Shown here: in pieces, positions 38,668 through 52,355 of the stretch | How the letters are laid out: every line of letters begins with the position of its first letter | Position numbering within the stretch: the stretch's first letter is position 1 | Assembly (NCBI GenBank): GCA_951406725.2 | Contig: OX597817.1 | Coordinates: forward strand, 59,768,001 to 59,832,000 | Source: Octopus vulgaris | Lineage: Eukaryota | Direction: 5' to 3' | Length of the DNA stretch: 64,000 bases | The notes under the pieces: generated by a model | Seen by the model: the letters and a program-made list of their open reading frames with translations, nothing else | Databases searched by the model: none | Told to the model about the DNA's origin: nothing | Made by a program: the position numbers and the translations under genes

Positions 38668-39075
38668 TGACACAAGCGTTCCCCACCCCACCCTGGGGAT
38701 TTTTTCCCTCATAACACTTTTTGAAAAATGGGTGTTTTTAATGACATTTCCTTATAAATACTTTTCAGATGGTGTAGATTACGATCATATTGGAAGAATT
38801 TAATTTTAGAAAGAGATAGGAAAAGATTAAAAAGTTGGTGGGCGTGTACATATTGACACATTTTATATTTATGTTATCTATGAAGTGAAACTTGAAATTT
38901 TGAAAAAGGAAAAAAAACGTGAAATTTATTTATTTTCTTTATATATTAAATTCTAATATAATTGTAATCTATACCATCTGAAAGGTATTTGTAAAAAAAT
39001 TTCATAACAAATATTCATTTTTCTTCTTTTTAAGTAATGAAGAAAGCAAGTTAGGAGTGTGGGAGGCATACATGT
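38668..39075. mobile_element. MITE-like foldback element
   Basis: Inverted arms aaatacttttcagatggtgtagattacgatcatatt (~38756) and aatatataattgtaatctataccatctgaaaggtattt (~38955). Outer boundaries are approximate. Confidence 0.55.
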
Positions 39076-39099
39076 GTATGTCTGTAAAAATCTGTCAGA

Positions 39100-39865
39100 T
39101 CATGCTGTAACTTGGATCGTAGGGTGACATGCAGTGCTTGAGGAGACCTATTGAGTTCAGTACATCAAAATCAAATGGAAATTGTAGCTGTGCCAGTGGC
39201 ACGTAAAAAGCACCATCTAAACGTGGCTGATGCCAGTGTCGCCATGACTGGCTTCTGTGCCAGTGGCACGTAAGAAGCACCAACCAATCATGGTCGTTGC
39301 CAGCCCCCTCTGGCTCCTGTGCTGGTGGCACATAAAAAGCACCCACTACACTCAGAGTGGTTGGCGTTAGGAAGGGCATCCAGCTGTAGAAACACTGGCA
39401 GATCAGACTAGAGCCTGGTGCAGCCTCCTGGCTTCCCAGACCCCGGTCAAACCGTCCAACGCATGCCAGCATGGAAAACAGATGTTAAACGATGATGATG
39501 ATGATGAAGGGACACATTAAAGAATGTAGTCTTACATTTATGCTTACTGGCACTCGACCCCGTGCTAGTAGGGTATTAAGAGCACCATCCGAGCATGATC
39601 GTTACCAGCATCGCCTTACTGGCACCTGTGCCAGTGACATGTGATTCGAGCGAGGTCGTTGCCAGTACCGCCTGACTGGCCCTGTGCTGGTGGCATGTAA
39701 AAGCACCCTCTACACTCTCGGAGTGGTTGGTGTTAGGAGGGCATCCAACCGTAGAAACTTTGTCAGATCAAGATTGGAGCCTGGTGCAGCCATCTGGTTC
39801 GCCAGACCTCAGTCAAATCGTCCAACTCATGCTAGCATGGAAAGCGGACGTTAAATGATGATGAA
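39100..39865 (+). mobile_element. Two tandem RTE-tail repeats (39100-39505 and 39545-39865)
   Basis: Family core and (GAT)n tails. Confidence 0.8.
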
Positions 39866-40494
39866 AAAACAAGATTACCATGATTAAATTGCTTTTGATC
39901 ACAAGTTTTGCACAATCAGGGCTAATCTGGGATAAACTGTGGTGAACTCAGAATTGGTGAAGGTGTTTGATTACAAATTGGATTTCGTCTAAAAGAAAAG
40001 GGCAAAGATTCATCACAAGGTAAAAAAAATACACTACTACCCCCACCACCACCACCAGCAGATAAGACCAACTTGTGACAGAGGCCTGTTACCAGAGGTT
40101 GTCTGTGAGTCTGTAAACAATATTCGGTTGTATATTCTGAAGTTGAAATAATTGTTGAAATAATTCTGATTCCAAATTTTGGTACCTAGCTTCAAAGAAA
40201 AAATATTTCATTTGACTATAAATTCTTCAAGGCAGTGCCCCAGTATGGCCACAATCTAATAAAACCAGTAAAAGATGGGGATATCTGATGAATGCCGTGG
40301 AAACATTCTCTTTGTGTGACCAATGCTAAGTAATCAGTAAATGGATTGTCAACAGAGTTGGTCCAAGTATCATTGCATGGCACCACAGTATTTACTCTTT
40401 GCACGTATTCCTTCTCTCATATCTGTATGTAGTTTTGGATTGATGGGGTCTGAGACAGACCAGCAGACATATTATACTGACTTATGGACCACTT

Positions 40495-40935
40495 ATACAT
40501 GTAGTTGTGGCCGATGCCAGTGCTACCTGTGCTGGTGGCACGTAATAAGCGTCATTCAAGTGTGGCTCAATGCTAGTGCTGCCTGACTGGCTCCCCATGC
40601 CAATGGCACTTAAAAAGCACTATCCGAACGTGGTCGATGCCAGAGCCTCCTGACTGACTTCCTGTAAAAACCACCATTCAAACGTGGTTGATGCTAGTGC
40701 ACCCCCAACTGGTGCTTGTGCCGGTGGCACGTAAAAAGCAGCATTTGAGTGTGACTGGCTCCTGTGCCAGTGGAATGTAAAAAGCACCCACAACACTCTT
40801 GGAGTGGTTGGCATTAGGGAGGGCATCCAGCTGAAGAAGCCTTACCAGATCAGATTGCAGCCTCCTGGCTTGCCAGTCCTCAGTCAAACCGTCCAACCCA
40901 TGCCAGCATGGAAAGCGGACGTTAAATGATGATGA
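40495..40935 (+). mobile_element. RTE-tail repeat with about 5 internal tandem units
   Basis: Repeated gtgcc.gtggcacgtaaaaagcac units. Confidence 0.8.
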
Positions 40936-41314
40936 GGATATATAATGGCTGTGTAATTTGGAGACTTGCCTATGGTCATGAGTTCAGTCCCATTGCATGG
41001 AATTGTGCAAATGTCTTCTACTTTAGCCCCGGGCTGGCCAAAACCTCAACAATGGATTTGCTAGACGAAAACTGAAAGAAGCCCCAAGCACTGGTGCGTG
41101 TGCTGTTGTTTATTGGTGCAATGACCCCCGACAAAATTTGTTTCAGCACACGAATTCACATCAAGAATCCTGGAAATCAAATACAAAAACGAAATACGAT
41201 ATTATGTGTGTGTGTTTGTCCTACCACTTGACAACCGGTGATGGTTTGTTTACACATCCGTAACTTAGCGGTTCTGCGGAAGAAAATAACGTCACCTTCA
41301 AAATAAGTGCAACT

Positions 41315-42816
41315 ATGCCTCCCCTGGTCTTGATGGAGTTACATACCTGCTTCTCAAACGTGGCAGGCACTTCCTTTTACACCAGCTTTCTATTTTCTTC
41401 CAGTACTGTCTCAACAATGGTGCTACTCTGGAGCAGTGGAAAACTGCCAGTGTCATTCCTCTGTTCAAAAAGGGCGACCGCACATCACCTGTCAACTATC
41501 GCCCAGTCAGTCTCACTAGCTGTATTGCAAAACTGATGGAATCATGTGTCAGAGAAACACTCTGGAACTTCTGGAGCTCTCACAGCCTCATCCGACCCTC
41601 ACAATATGGATTTGTCCCTAACTCCAGCTGCAGTGATCAGCTTGTCGAGTTCCTTGAGGACATTACACAGATCACTGACAGTGGCTCATGGGTGGATGTT
41701 GTCTACCTTTACTTTGCTAAGGCTTTCAACTCTGTGCCACACAAAAGGCTTATGGTGAAACTCTCTGCAATGGGTGTGGGGGATGACCTTTTTAACTGGT
41801 TGAAATCCTTCATCCTCAGCCGAAAGGAGGTAGTCACAGTTCTAGGACAGCACTCTACACCATATGAGATGTCATCGGGTGTACCACAGGGATCTGTCCT
41901 TGGTCCCTCTTGTTTGTGGCATACATTAATGACATAGATGCCAATTTAAAGAATGCCACAGTATTGAAATATGCAGACGACATCAAGTTGTACCTTGAAA
42001 TCAAGAGGACAGATCCTGATGTCTACAACTCTTTCCTGCAATCAGACCTAGACACAATGCAGCAATGGATCACAGACTGGCAACTGAAACTGGCTGTGGA
42101 CAAGTGTACCACCATGCATTTTGGGAGAAAAAACCCTGCGTCCACATACTCCCTCCACAACACTGATATCAAGAAATCCTCTTGCGAGCGTGACCTAGGC
42201 ATCACTGTCAGCAGTGATTTGCGTTGGACAAAGCATATCTCTAAAATTGTCAAGAAGGCCGAGGGTGTCTTGGCATCACTCAGCAAGACTTTTGTTAGCC
42301 GCTCTCCAGCCATCTATTTAAAACTGTATACAGCTATGGTACGACCACACTTGGAATTCGCATCATCAGTTTGGAACCCCTATCTTGCTCAGAACATTGA
42401 CCTCCTGGAATCTGTCCAGAGACGTGCAACCAAACGCATACAATCCATCAGACACCTACCATATTCTGAGCGCCTTGTTTCCCTGGACATGGATTCACTG
42501 AAGCTCCGGCGTCTGGCGACGGACTTGGTAAACACCCACAAAGTTATCAACCACCTCACCAACAACAACACTGAACACCTTTTTGATCTCCATGTGGACA
42601 TGCCTTCAAAGTCAGAAAACAGCACAGCTCCCATGACTTTCGGAAACATTTTTTCACGCTCAGAGTTGCTGAAGCATGGAATAAACTGCCTGCGTCAGTT
42701 GTTGACTGCCATGACACTGCATCCGTTAAGGCCCTCATGCTTTCCGAAATCCGCCGAAACTACACCTGATTATATATACACTTTAGATGAGTTGTAGTGC
42801 ACCTGAGCACTGTACA

Positions 42817-42847
<31 letters not shown>
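41315..42847 (+). mobile_element. 5'-truncated CR1-clade LINE (RT ORF2 with frameshifts), 3' stem-loop and (TTA)n tail, inserted into a family-A SINE
   Basis: RT motifs NYRPVSLTS, QYGF, VDVVYLxFAKAF, SGVPQGSVLGP, YADD and VRPHLEFASSVW. Frameshifts near 41909 and about 42595. Tail at 42819-42847. SINE halves flank both ends. Confidence 0.92.
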
Positions 42848-42849
<2 letters not shown>

Positions 42850-43459
42850 AGATAAATCCTGGGGTCGATTTGTTCGACTAAACGCTTTTAAAGTGGTGCC
42901 CCAGCATGGCCACACTCAAATGAGTGAACTAAGTAAAAGCTGTGTTGTATGACCGCAGCCCAGTTTCCGTTGGAATAAACAACTTCAAGATTGTTGTCAT
43001 CGAAGTCAGTCTGTACTAATCGATAACCGCATGAGGTTGGTTCTTGTTTAGCCCCAGGTCAACCTTTATGACAACGGATATATGATCAAACGTATTCCAG
43101 CCTTGATCATCCCGTCTTTTAAAGAGCATCAACGGCTAGATTGCGTAATGTAACGTTTACTTTTTAAAACCTTAGCGTGTGATTTGAGCAAGATTTGATT
43201 GCCATTTCTAGAAGTTTCGAGCGACCTTGTAGGGGCACAGCTCGTTATGTTTTTACCTGCGTAAGAGAGAGACATAGAATGGGGGGGGGGAGGTATTCCA
43301 GCCGTGATTCTCTCGTCTTTTTAGGTGTATATAGGACTAGATTGTGTTAATGTGCCTCATTCTTTTTAAGATTTTAGGCTATGATTTGAGGGAGATATGA
43401 CTGCTATTTCTAGAACTTCAAAATAGAAGCACTCCTCGTTACCTATGTATTTTTTTACC

Positions 43460-44200
43460 TGCGTGAGAGAAGGAATGAGAGGCGAAGAGAGAGAGAAGGA
43501 GTAAGAAGCGAAGAGAAGGAAAGAGTAAGAGGCGAAGAGAGAGAAGGAGAAATACAGTGGTGACTAATCCATTCATGTTCCTTGAAAATGAGGCTGGATT
43601 GAGCAATACCAATAAATAAAAGATAGGCAGATAGATAGAGAGAGGGAAGGAGAGAGAGAGAAATGGTGTGTACATGTATGAAGGAGAGGGAAAGAAAGAT
43701 AGAGGGGATGGGCGAAGCAATGAAAGAGAGGGTGCGGGTGTTGAAATGTACATAGAATGAGGGGAGGGAGAGAGAATTAAAATAGAGATAGAATGAGAGA
43801 GGGAGAGCGTGAGGCGTTAAAGACATATTCGCGGAGTGTAAATGTACGGAAATAGAAATATATATAAAGAGTGTGAGGGAATTGTGATATATATATATAT
43901 AGAGAGAGCGAGAATGACAGAGAGAGAGAGTGAGTGTGGGAAGGAAGAGAGAGAGAGGGAGAAAGGAAGATTAATTGAAATATTTAGAGAGGGAGAGAGA
44001 TTAATTGAAATATTTATAGAGAAGCGGGGAGAGAAAGATAGAAAGAAAGGAAGAGAGCGATAGAATGAGTGTGTGAAGGAAGTGAGAGAGAGAGAAAGTG
44101 TGCGAGAGAATTGAAACACAGAGAGAGGGAGAAAGGAAGATTAATTGAAATATTTATAGAGAAGGAGAGAGAGAGAAAGAAAGGAAGAGAGAGAGTTGTG
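43460..44200. repeat. Purine-rich (GA)n low-complexity tract with repeated agattaattgaaatattta motif
   Basis: Direct inspection. Confidence 0.8.
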
Positions 44201-44601
44201 TGTGAAGATTACTACAAAATGTTTAGACATACACAAAGAGCATAGATGTACATTTCATATTTTATATAGAGAGCGGTGTGGAAAGCAAAACAGTGAAAAA
44301 GGAATATATATATATATACATGTATTTATAAACATTTTGTAAAACAGACACAACTAATTAGGTTTGTATTACGATTTTTCATTGGGTTTTTGTTGAGAGG
44401 AAGACAAAAAACAGATGGTTTTTATCTTTGAAATACTAAATTGTTTCTTAATTGTGTTGTTTAATGACATTGTTTTTGTTGCTAATCTTCATAACAACTT
44501 GTGTACTATTAATCTGTTTAGCAGGAATTCTCCTTTCATTTCTTTTTTTTTATTTGGAATATATGTTCATACCATTATATACACACATTACCTATATACA
44601 T

Positions 44602-44644
<43 letters not shown>

Positions 44645-45599
44645 CATACATGCATGCACGTATGTACTTGGGGATATATATATATATATATACGAAAACG
44701 AAGTATATATACGTGTGTATACACACACACACAGGTCAGTTATACAATATATTTTTATAAGTATACACACACACAAACACGTGTGTATGTATAAACACAC
44801 GCAGGGAAACGGTTACTGCAGTTATAAAAGTAAAAATAATCTTTTTCGTTTCTTCTCTTCAACAGTTTTTCCTTTTAATTTTTTCCTCCACAAGCGTTTT
44901 TTTTCCCATTTCTTTACATTCAAATGCCACCCCATACAATAACCAACTTCTATATATTCAAATATATCCTATTTTCTTCTAAATTCAAATATTTCTCTAC
45001 ACACAATGCAGTCACTCGTCCATGTGTTGCCTATTCATGTTAATTGTTATAACAGAAATATATTTAAAACTAAGTTTCTTGCATAGAGACAAGGCTCCAT
45101 ATATACATGAAAGGTGTTTGTGGGATTATGTTTCACGTCCCTGTTATTTTTGCATTTAATATACAAGTCACTGTGTCATGTCTACATACATTTGTGGTCC
45201 TTTCTTAATTGATTCTTAAACTCGCATCTTGTAGAGAGATGACTCAACAAAGTGGACTCGAAATCCAGGCTTTGGTGCCACCGTCACCCAACTACAAATA
45301 CTACAAAAACTCCTTAAAATTAGGCATCGTATTTTAGATTGGATGGTAGTATAGTCACAGAGGTGTGGAATGGTAACTAATCGAATGGTAGTACTCAATA
45401 CTTTGCGATGAGCGGGATATTTATGGCAATCTGAGCCTGTGTTGTTTAAAATCGTTGGAGAAACTTCGAGTAGTGAGTGACTCATAAAAATCTTAATTTC
45501 GAATTGTATATATGCGTGTGTGTGTGTGTGTATACAGAGAGAGAGAGAGAGAGACTGTGTGTATCTTGCTACCCTGAGTTTCGTCTGTAGGTACACAGG

Positions 45600-45830
45600 G
45601 TCGGTCGGCAGAAGCGTTAGCACACCGGGCGAAATGCTTAACAGTATTTTGTCTGCCGTTACGTTCTGAGTTCAAATTCCCCCGAGGTCGACTTTGCCTT
45701 TCATCGTTTTCAGGGTCGAGTAAATAAGTACCAGTTACGCACTGAGGTCGATGTAATCGACTTAATCCGTCTGTCTGTCCTTGTTTGGTCTCTCTGTGTT
45801 TGGCCCCTTCTGGGTAGTAAAGAAATAGGT
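45600..45830 (+). mobile_element. SINE family B
   Basis: Homologous to 33144-33365. Confidence 0.75.
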
Positions 45831-46971
45831 CTTCAAGCAAGTTCTGATCATATAGAAGACTGACTCGACCAAAATAGAAATATTATTAATCTCTACCATA
45901 ATATCGAGTGCTTATATATAACGAAACTTTTCCCTATAATATATATAGCTATACATACACACACGTCCATAAGATGCTTTCTTAAGATGAATACCGCAGT
46001 TTGGAAGGCTTTGAATGGTCTACACTCTCTAAGTATGTATACAGATAACTAATTTTGAACTCTTTCTGCTTCCATCGCTAATAATAGACACATGTGTGTG
46101 TGTTTGTCCACACCTTTGTTAAGTGGTGACAAACAAAACCAGACAAAGACAACAGAATAATAATAAAATAACAATAAACGCTGTGTCAGTTCCATAGAAG
46201 CACCATCATCGTTATAAAAGACCATTTCAGTTAATCTGTTGCCTCTCTCAAAACCGGCTCCAAGAACTTGGACAAACAGCCCCAAAACGTGGTGATAGTA
46301 ACATCAGATGTGAGAAACTGACATTAACTTATATCTTCTCTATTTGTCATTTCCGTCAATTGTATTCCTTCCTAGATTAGAAATGGTGAATATGTAAACA
46401 TCATTGACTTTGGGAGTAGATGAAAGCAGCGTATGTTTTGATTTTTAAGCTTTCGGATTGCTGGAATCGTATGATTCTTAACTCGGAGTGGCAGACTCTG
46501 TTTCGATTCCAGGTTGGGGTTGACTTTTAAGAACGTCAGTAATGCCTACACTGTTCATTTTCCCTCCACCTTGTTTTTGCCCTACCCCAGGAATTTGCCA
46601 ACTTGTGTTCTTTAATGGTTGTTGCTCTGTTCAATAGTAGTACCATGTCTAATAAGCTGGTGGTGAGCAGTGTCGTCTGTGAATCCGATTTCAGAAAAGG
46701 GCAGGGACCTAAAATAGTTTCACACTTTCCTATAAAGCCAGACAGAAACCTTATAACCATGTAAGAAACTTGAGTGTGTGCTACTGTTTTGGTGTTGTGC
46801 TTTTAATGTCGATAAAATATTAAGTGCTGAAGGTTGCGCACCCGGTTGCCGTTATTACAAGGAACCAAGCCAAACCTGAACAACAAGTTAATCACCATTG
46901 ATGGATACCTTTCTAATAATTTGGTTATCACTCTAGAACCTCGGATAAATAATACGTGAACAGCTTTTTTT

Positions 46972-47002
<31 letters not shown>

Positions 47003-48117
47003 ATTAAGGTGACATGATTAATGCAGTAGAGCAACAGGTAAGCTCCCTACCCGTATACAGACGGGGTGAATAAAACTGCAGCGCCGGTTTCAGTTTCTAG
47101 TCGAAGCAATTTAAACCTCATTTATCTTAATTCTTTCGAGTAAAGGTATGGGTGTCACGACATCACATTTTTTTTTCTCGCTTCAAACATAAAGCCTTTG
47201 GACATAGTCAAAAACTAAAAAATATATTCTTCTTCACCCGTAACATATGGCTATTTGTCAGAAGAGAAAAATGATGGTTTGCTCTTCGATTAACCCTCGC
47301 TATTGTTCACTTTAATTGATCTTATGACACGGAACATTCGACATTCAATGAAGTTAGAAAGCCATGGTTGTTGTGGGACACGATGCTATTAAGGATTTCA
47401 CATTGTGTGTTGCTCGTTTTTTAATAACATTTAATTTTTTATTTCTCATATCTGTTATAATTTTATTGTTTAGCCACAGGTCAGCACCTATTGCGCACAC
47501 CTATGTTCAAAGGCGTTCCATCCGTGAACTACCTCGTCGTTTTGTTTATCTAGGACTGCATTGCCTTTCTTTTACTTTTATTAGTATTAATATTGGACAG
47601 TGTGTTTGAGGAGAATTTGGTTGTTATTTCTTGCAGACCGAACCAACGTCTTAATAGTGTTGCAATGAATTCAAGTGTTTGCGTTGTTGTGGCGGTTATA
47701 ATGGCATTCTTTGACGTTGGCGTTGTTGTTGTTGTTGTGGTCTGTCCATTGCAGTCGCAGAGTTACCATTCAAAGTGTGGCATTGTTTAAAGTTATATGT
47801 TTCTTTGGGGGAGATTTGGCAGCTATGTTTACCACGATGATCGACCATATGAAGCTACAAATAACAGCGTGTAAATATTGGCTTGAAAAGCCATTACGGG
47901 TAGAAAAAAAAAAGTCAAAGGGGATGTGGGTTCGTGTTCCACGATCAGCCTTTGACTTGAGTCTTTTTTTTTTTATCGAAAAGAGTTTTTCAACCCAATA
48001 TATACATGCTATTATTTGTAGCTTTATGTGCTTCGAGTTTCCACTGTTCGAAAAGCAGATTATTTCACATTCCCTCGAAAGTTTACACATACGTATGTGT
48101 GTGTGTGTATGTATGAA

Positions 48118-48173
<56 letters not shown>

Positions 48174-49044
48174 CATACACACACATACACATCACTTCAA
48201 ACGCTACATACACACACAGACACGTATGTATAAAATCGTTTTAAAGTCAACCTTCCCATGCTTGCATGAACCTGATGGAGTTCGTTGAGGGCAATTTTCA
48301 TCTGTTGAATTCGTTTCTGGTCCCCAACCCCCACCTGCTTCTAAGCAAGGTAATATTTCCTTGTGGTTGGACATGTTTTCACAAAAGATTGCGAATGAAG
48401 AAGACACTGCTTTACAGTTTGTAGTGGATGATTGCTTTTCATGCCACCAGCACAATTGAGGTCACCCTGCGGCTTGCAAGACTACAAGTCCCAAGATAAA
48501 TGGCTTTTTACTAGGAGATGAGGGGCCAGACAGAACAGGTTTCTTGCCGTAAAGGAGCTACATGGTGACTTTTTAGAAGAAAGTGTGGGTGAAGTTAATG
48601 AGGTGGGAGTTGCGAGAGAGAGAGAGAGAGATATATGGTTGGGTAGCTTGCCAGTGTTTGTGGAAAGAGGCAGGCGTAATGCAGGGGGAAAGTGAGACGT
48701 ATATGGGTGGAGGAGGAGAAATAGTTTGGTGGGCATGTTGGGAGGGGGGATCAATGTGAAAATGTGGGTGGAGAGGATAGTACGAGGGTAATGGATGGAT
48801 ATCAAGTGAAATGGTTCCAGGCAATGAGGAAAATTAATGGAATCAAGGAAACACTGCAGTTAGAAAGATAAGTGGTGAGGTCACTTGGGGTGGAAATTGA
48901 ACAAGGAGATCAGCTGTGCACACACACATACACACACATTGTGCTTCCAAAGCTTAATTTCAACAATTTTGCAGGTGTTCTTGAGAACTGAAAATTATTA
49001 ATCATCCCCACTTATGAGTACCCCTCATTCATTGGACAATGAAC

Positions 49045-49570
49045 TTTGCTTGTGAAGACCTATAGAGACAAGTGTAAACAAATCAAAATCGCTGATCTGG
49101 CCGATGACAGTACCACCTGATTGGCACTCGTGCCAGTGGAATGTTAAAAGCACATCTGAGTGTGATTGTTGCCAGAGCCACGGATTGGCTCCCGTGCCGG
49201 TGGCATGTAAAAAGCACCATTTGAGCATGATCATTGCCAGCGTCACCTTATTGGCACATGTGCCGGTGGCAAGTGAAAATCATCCGAGTGTGGCCAGTGC
49301 CACCAGACTGGCTCCCATGCAGGTAGCACGTAAAAAATACCTTTTAAGCGTGCTCACTGCCAGAGCCACCTGACTGGCTCCTGTGCCAGTGACATGTAAA
49401 AGCACCCACTACACTCTCGGAGTGGTTGGTGTTAGGAAGGGCATCCAGCTGTAGAAACTTTGCCAGATCAAATTGAGCCTGGTGCAGTCTTCTGGTTTCC
49501 CAGTCCTCAGTCAAACTATCCAACCCATGCCAGCATGAAAAGCGGATGTTAAACAACAGTGATGATGATC
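49045..49570 (+). mobile_element. RTE-tail repeat with about 5 internal tandem units
   Basis: Same family core and tail. Confidence 0.8.
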
Positions 49571-50450
49571 CCAGTCCCTTGTCATCTCCTCTATGAGGTT
49601 CAGAGTCCTAAGGTTAGCCTTCATCATTTTGTCCACGTCTTCCTGGTTCTCCTTCTTCTGCAAGCTCCATCCACCTTAAGTAATTAACACTTTCTTTATA
49701 CAGCTATCTTCTGCCACACTTATCCCATCTCCAAAAACCAACACAGTCTTTCTTGCACACCACAGCTGATTCCTCTTAGGCCCAGTTTTTCTCTCAGCAC
49801 TCTCATCCTGTGTCAGACGTGCACACTTAGATTGCTCATCCCACAGAGCATGCTTGTTTCATTTCTTCCTAATCTTCAGTTCTCCACATTCAACACCCAT
49901 GCTTCACTGTCATGCAGTGCTAGTAGCTCCTTCCTTGAATTTTCTCCATCTTTTCCTTATCTTGGCTGCTATACTTTCAGAGCAATCACCTCCCCGATAA
50001 TTACATCTTGATAACTAGTGAACCATCCAGGCATTTCCGAGAATTTATTTCTAGTTAGCTCATACTACACACAGTACCAATGCACCCATCACATACGAAG
50101 CTTACTTTCTCTGTTACTATTTCTGTGATTCCACTGTCACTCTTGTGTGTCCATAGCTTACAATGGGCTCAGTTGTTTCTGCATATTGAGCAAGGTCAAT
50201 GTATAGGTGTTCCCATGGTCAACCAGTCTTAAACTCCACAATAAGGAATAAGAGAGGACTGAGAACTGAGCCTTAATGAACCCCTGCCTTCATGCTAAAA
50301 TTGTTGACTTTTTCTGCCTCTTTTGTACATAGGTTTTAGAACCCTTGTAAGCCATTTGGGTTCCTTCGTGACCACCAAATTACTGATTGTGCTGCCCTGT
50401 CAAGTGCCTTCTCCAAGTCAATGAATGCTTGGAATAGGGCTTTACCCTTA
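49570..50450 (-). mobile_element. Heavily decayed RTE-type LINE RT fragment
   Basis: Minus-strand remnants AFIDLEKALDR (~50395-50430) and GVH*GSVLSPLLF (~50245-50285). Confidence 0.65.
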
Positions 50451-50456
50451 GCCAAG

Positions 50457-50817
50457 GGCAGCGGACTCGTGGTCGTAGGATCGTGGTTTCGATTCCCAGA
50501 CCGGGCGTTGTGAGTGTTTATTGAGCGAAAACACCTAAAGCTCCACGAGGCTCCGGCAGGGGATGGTGGTGATCCCTGCTGTACTCTTTCACCACAACTC
50601 TCTCTCTCTCTTACTTCCTGTTTCTGTTGTACCTGTATTTCAAAGGGCCGGCCTTGTCACTCTCTGTGTCACGCTGAATATCCCCGAGAACTACGTTAAG
50701 GGTACACGTGTCTGTGGAGTGCTCAGCCACTTACACGTTAATTTCACGAGCAGGCTGTTCCGTTGATTCGGATCAACCGGAACCCTCGTCGTCGTAACCG
50801 ACGGAGTGCTTCCATCA
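50457..50817 (+). mobile_element. GC- and CpG-rich tRNA-headed SINE (family C), apparently young
   Basis: tRNA-like head ggtttcgattccc with CpGs retained. A decayed related head lies at about 55370-55500. Confidence 0.65.
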
Positions 50818-50822
50818 TATAA

Positions 50823-50855
<33 letters not shown>

Positions 50856-51681
50856 TACATATACACGCACACGTTTATATGCTTATGCCAATTTATTACC
50901 AGTTGGTAGTCATCTGCACACATCAGTGAACAGTTTGTTTGCTGAAGTTACAAGAGCTTTAAACTCATTAAATTAATTAGCCTAGGATCCCTTTGGCTGA
51001 TGAGACACACTGATGTTGACACACCAGGTGTCTCATAATTCCTTGCGTTAATTAATGAATAGTCTGTTAGGAACATACATTTGTTGTAATGGACCATTTT
51101 TTCTCCTGTGCTGAAGCACAATTTTCACATTGACATTCAAATCTGTTGGAACTTACCAAGAAGAAATATGCAAGTAATTTCCATCATCCTTTAACATCCC
51201 CTTTTCTGTGCTGGCATGGGTTGGACAGTTCAAGAACAGCTGAGCCTCAGGGCTGCATCTGTTTTGGTGTGGTTTCTATGGCTGGATGCACTTCCTAATA
51301 CCAACCTCTGTACAGAGTGTAGTGAGTACTCTTTGCATGGCCCCAATACCAGTGAGGTCAGCAAGTACCCACAAGACCCCTCAGTTGAGTGGGGTATAGA
51401 ATGGAGGAGCAGGTGTCTTGCAAGTCATCATATATATATGTGTGTGTGTGTGTTTATGTATGTATAGTGTTTGAAGTGGTGTACAGGTATTGTATATTAT
51501 GAAAAGGGGACAGTCAGAATTTTGGATAATTCTTTATTCGCACTTTTGTTCATTTAACCAAACTCAAGAAGAATTGAACCAAAACGAAAGCATAAATAAA
51601 GAATTGTCCAAAATTTTGACTGCCTCCTTTTTCTTAATACATATGATGATACACACACACACACACACACATAAAAGAAGA

Positions 51682-51938
51682 AAAAGAAAATGGAGATTGG
51701 GAAGTTAATAATTGTTTATTATTAACAGCAAATTAATCATCAACCCTTACAGCTGTTTCAATTAATACTCAATAAATATTAAATTTATATGACCTGAGCA
51801 TATCTTCAGAGGGAATAAAAAAATATACCTTGGATATTTTATAGTATTTACTTTATATTAATTGAAACAGCTGTAAAGGATGATGATTAATTTGCTGTTA
51901 ATAATGAACAATTAACTTCCTAATTTCCATTTTCTTTT
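51682..51938. mobile_element. Penelope-type inverted pseudo-LTR remnant (foldback) with a hammerhead-like motif
   Basis: Arms of about 85 bp at 51682-51768 and 51856-51938 are inverted copies. The minus strand of 51744-51813 reads ccct-CTGAAGA..GAAAC-agct-GTA-aggg. Confidence 0.6.
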
Positions 51939-52067
51939 ATATGACTATAAAATATGTTTACCTATTATTTAAAGGAAATTAATTCCCCAAAATACTAGGT
52001 ATTGAACCAGTATTTCCTTGGATGTAACCATCTCTTCATGAGTTAACACAACTTCTAATCGAATTTA

Positions 52068-52355
52068 ATCATCATCATCATCATTTAGCGTCCGTTTTCC
52101 GTGCTAGCACGGGTTGGACGGTTCGACCGGGGTCTGGGAAGCCAGGGGCTGCACCAGGCTCCAGTCTGATCTGGCAGTGTTTCTACAGCTGGATGCCCTT
52201 CCTAACGCCAACCACTCCGCAAGTGTAGTGGGTGCTTTTTACGTGCCACCTGCACAGGTGCCAGGGGAGTCTGGCATTGGCCACAATCGGTTGGTGCTTT
52301 TAATGTGCCACCGGCACGGAATCCAGCCAAGGCGGCGCTGGCATCGGCCACGTTA
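52068..52355 (-). mobile_element. RTE-tail repeat
   Basis: Same family, reverse orientation. Confidence 0.8.

Noticed and set aside
40510-40790. CRISPR-like regularly spaced gcacgtaaaaagcacc motifs (also at 49130-49410, 39190-39350 and elsewhere)
   Set aside because: The 'spacers' are homologous to each other, so this is a degenerate minisatellite inside a retroelement. The context is eukaryotic and there are no cas genes.
41536-42797. RT ORFs as an active or domesticated reverse transcriptase
   Set aside because: The copy is 5'-truncated, lacks the endonuclease, is frameshifted and has an ordinary CR1-like tail.
43072-43470. Two diverged tandem units of about 200 bp
   Set aside because: They appear to be adjacent decayed copies of a dispersed repeat with no further structure.
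47025-47075. Donor-like CAG|gtaagc and hairpin cccgt-atacag-acggg in a CpG-richer region
   Set aside because: No supporting acceptor, ORF or homology is visible, so there is too little evidence for an exon or ncRNA.
50457-50510. tRNA gene
   Set aside because: It has a tRNA-like B box but no complete cloverleaf, and it continues into a SINE body.
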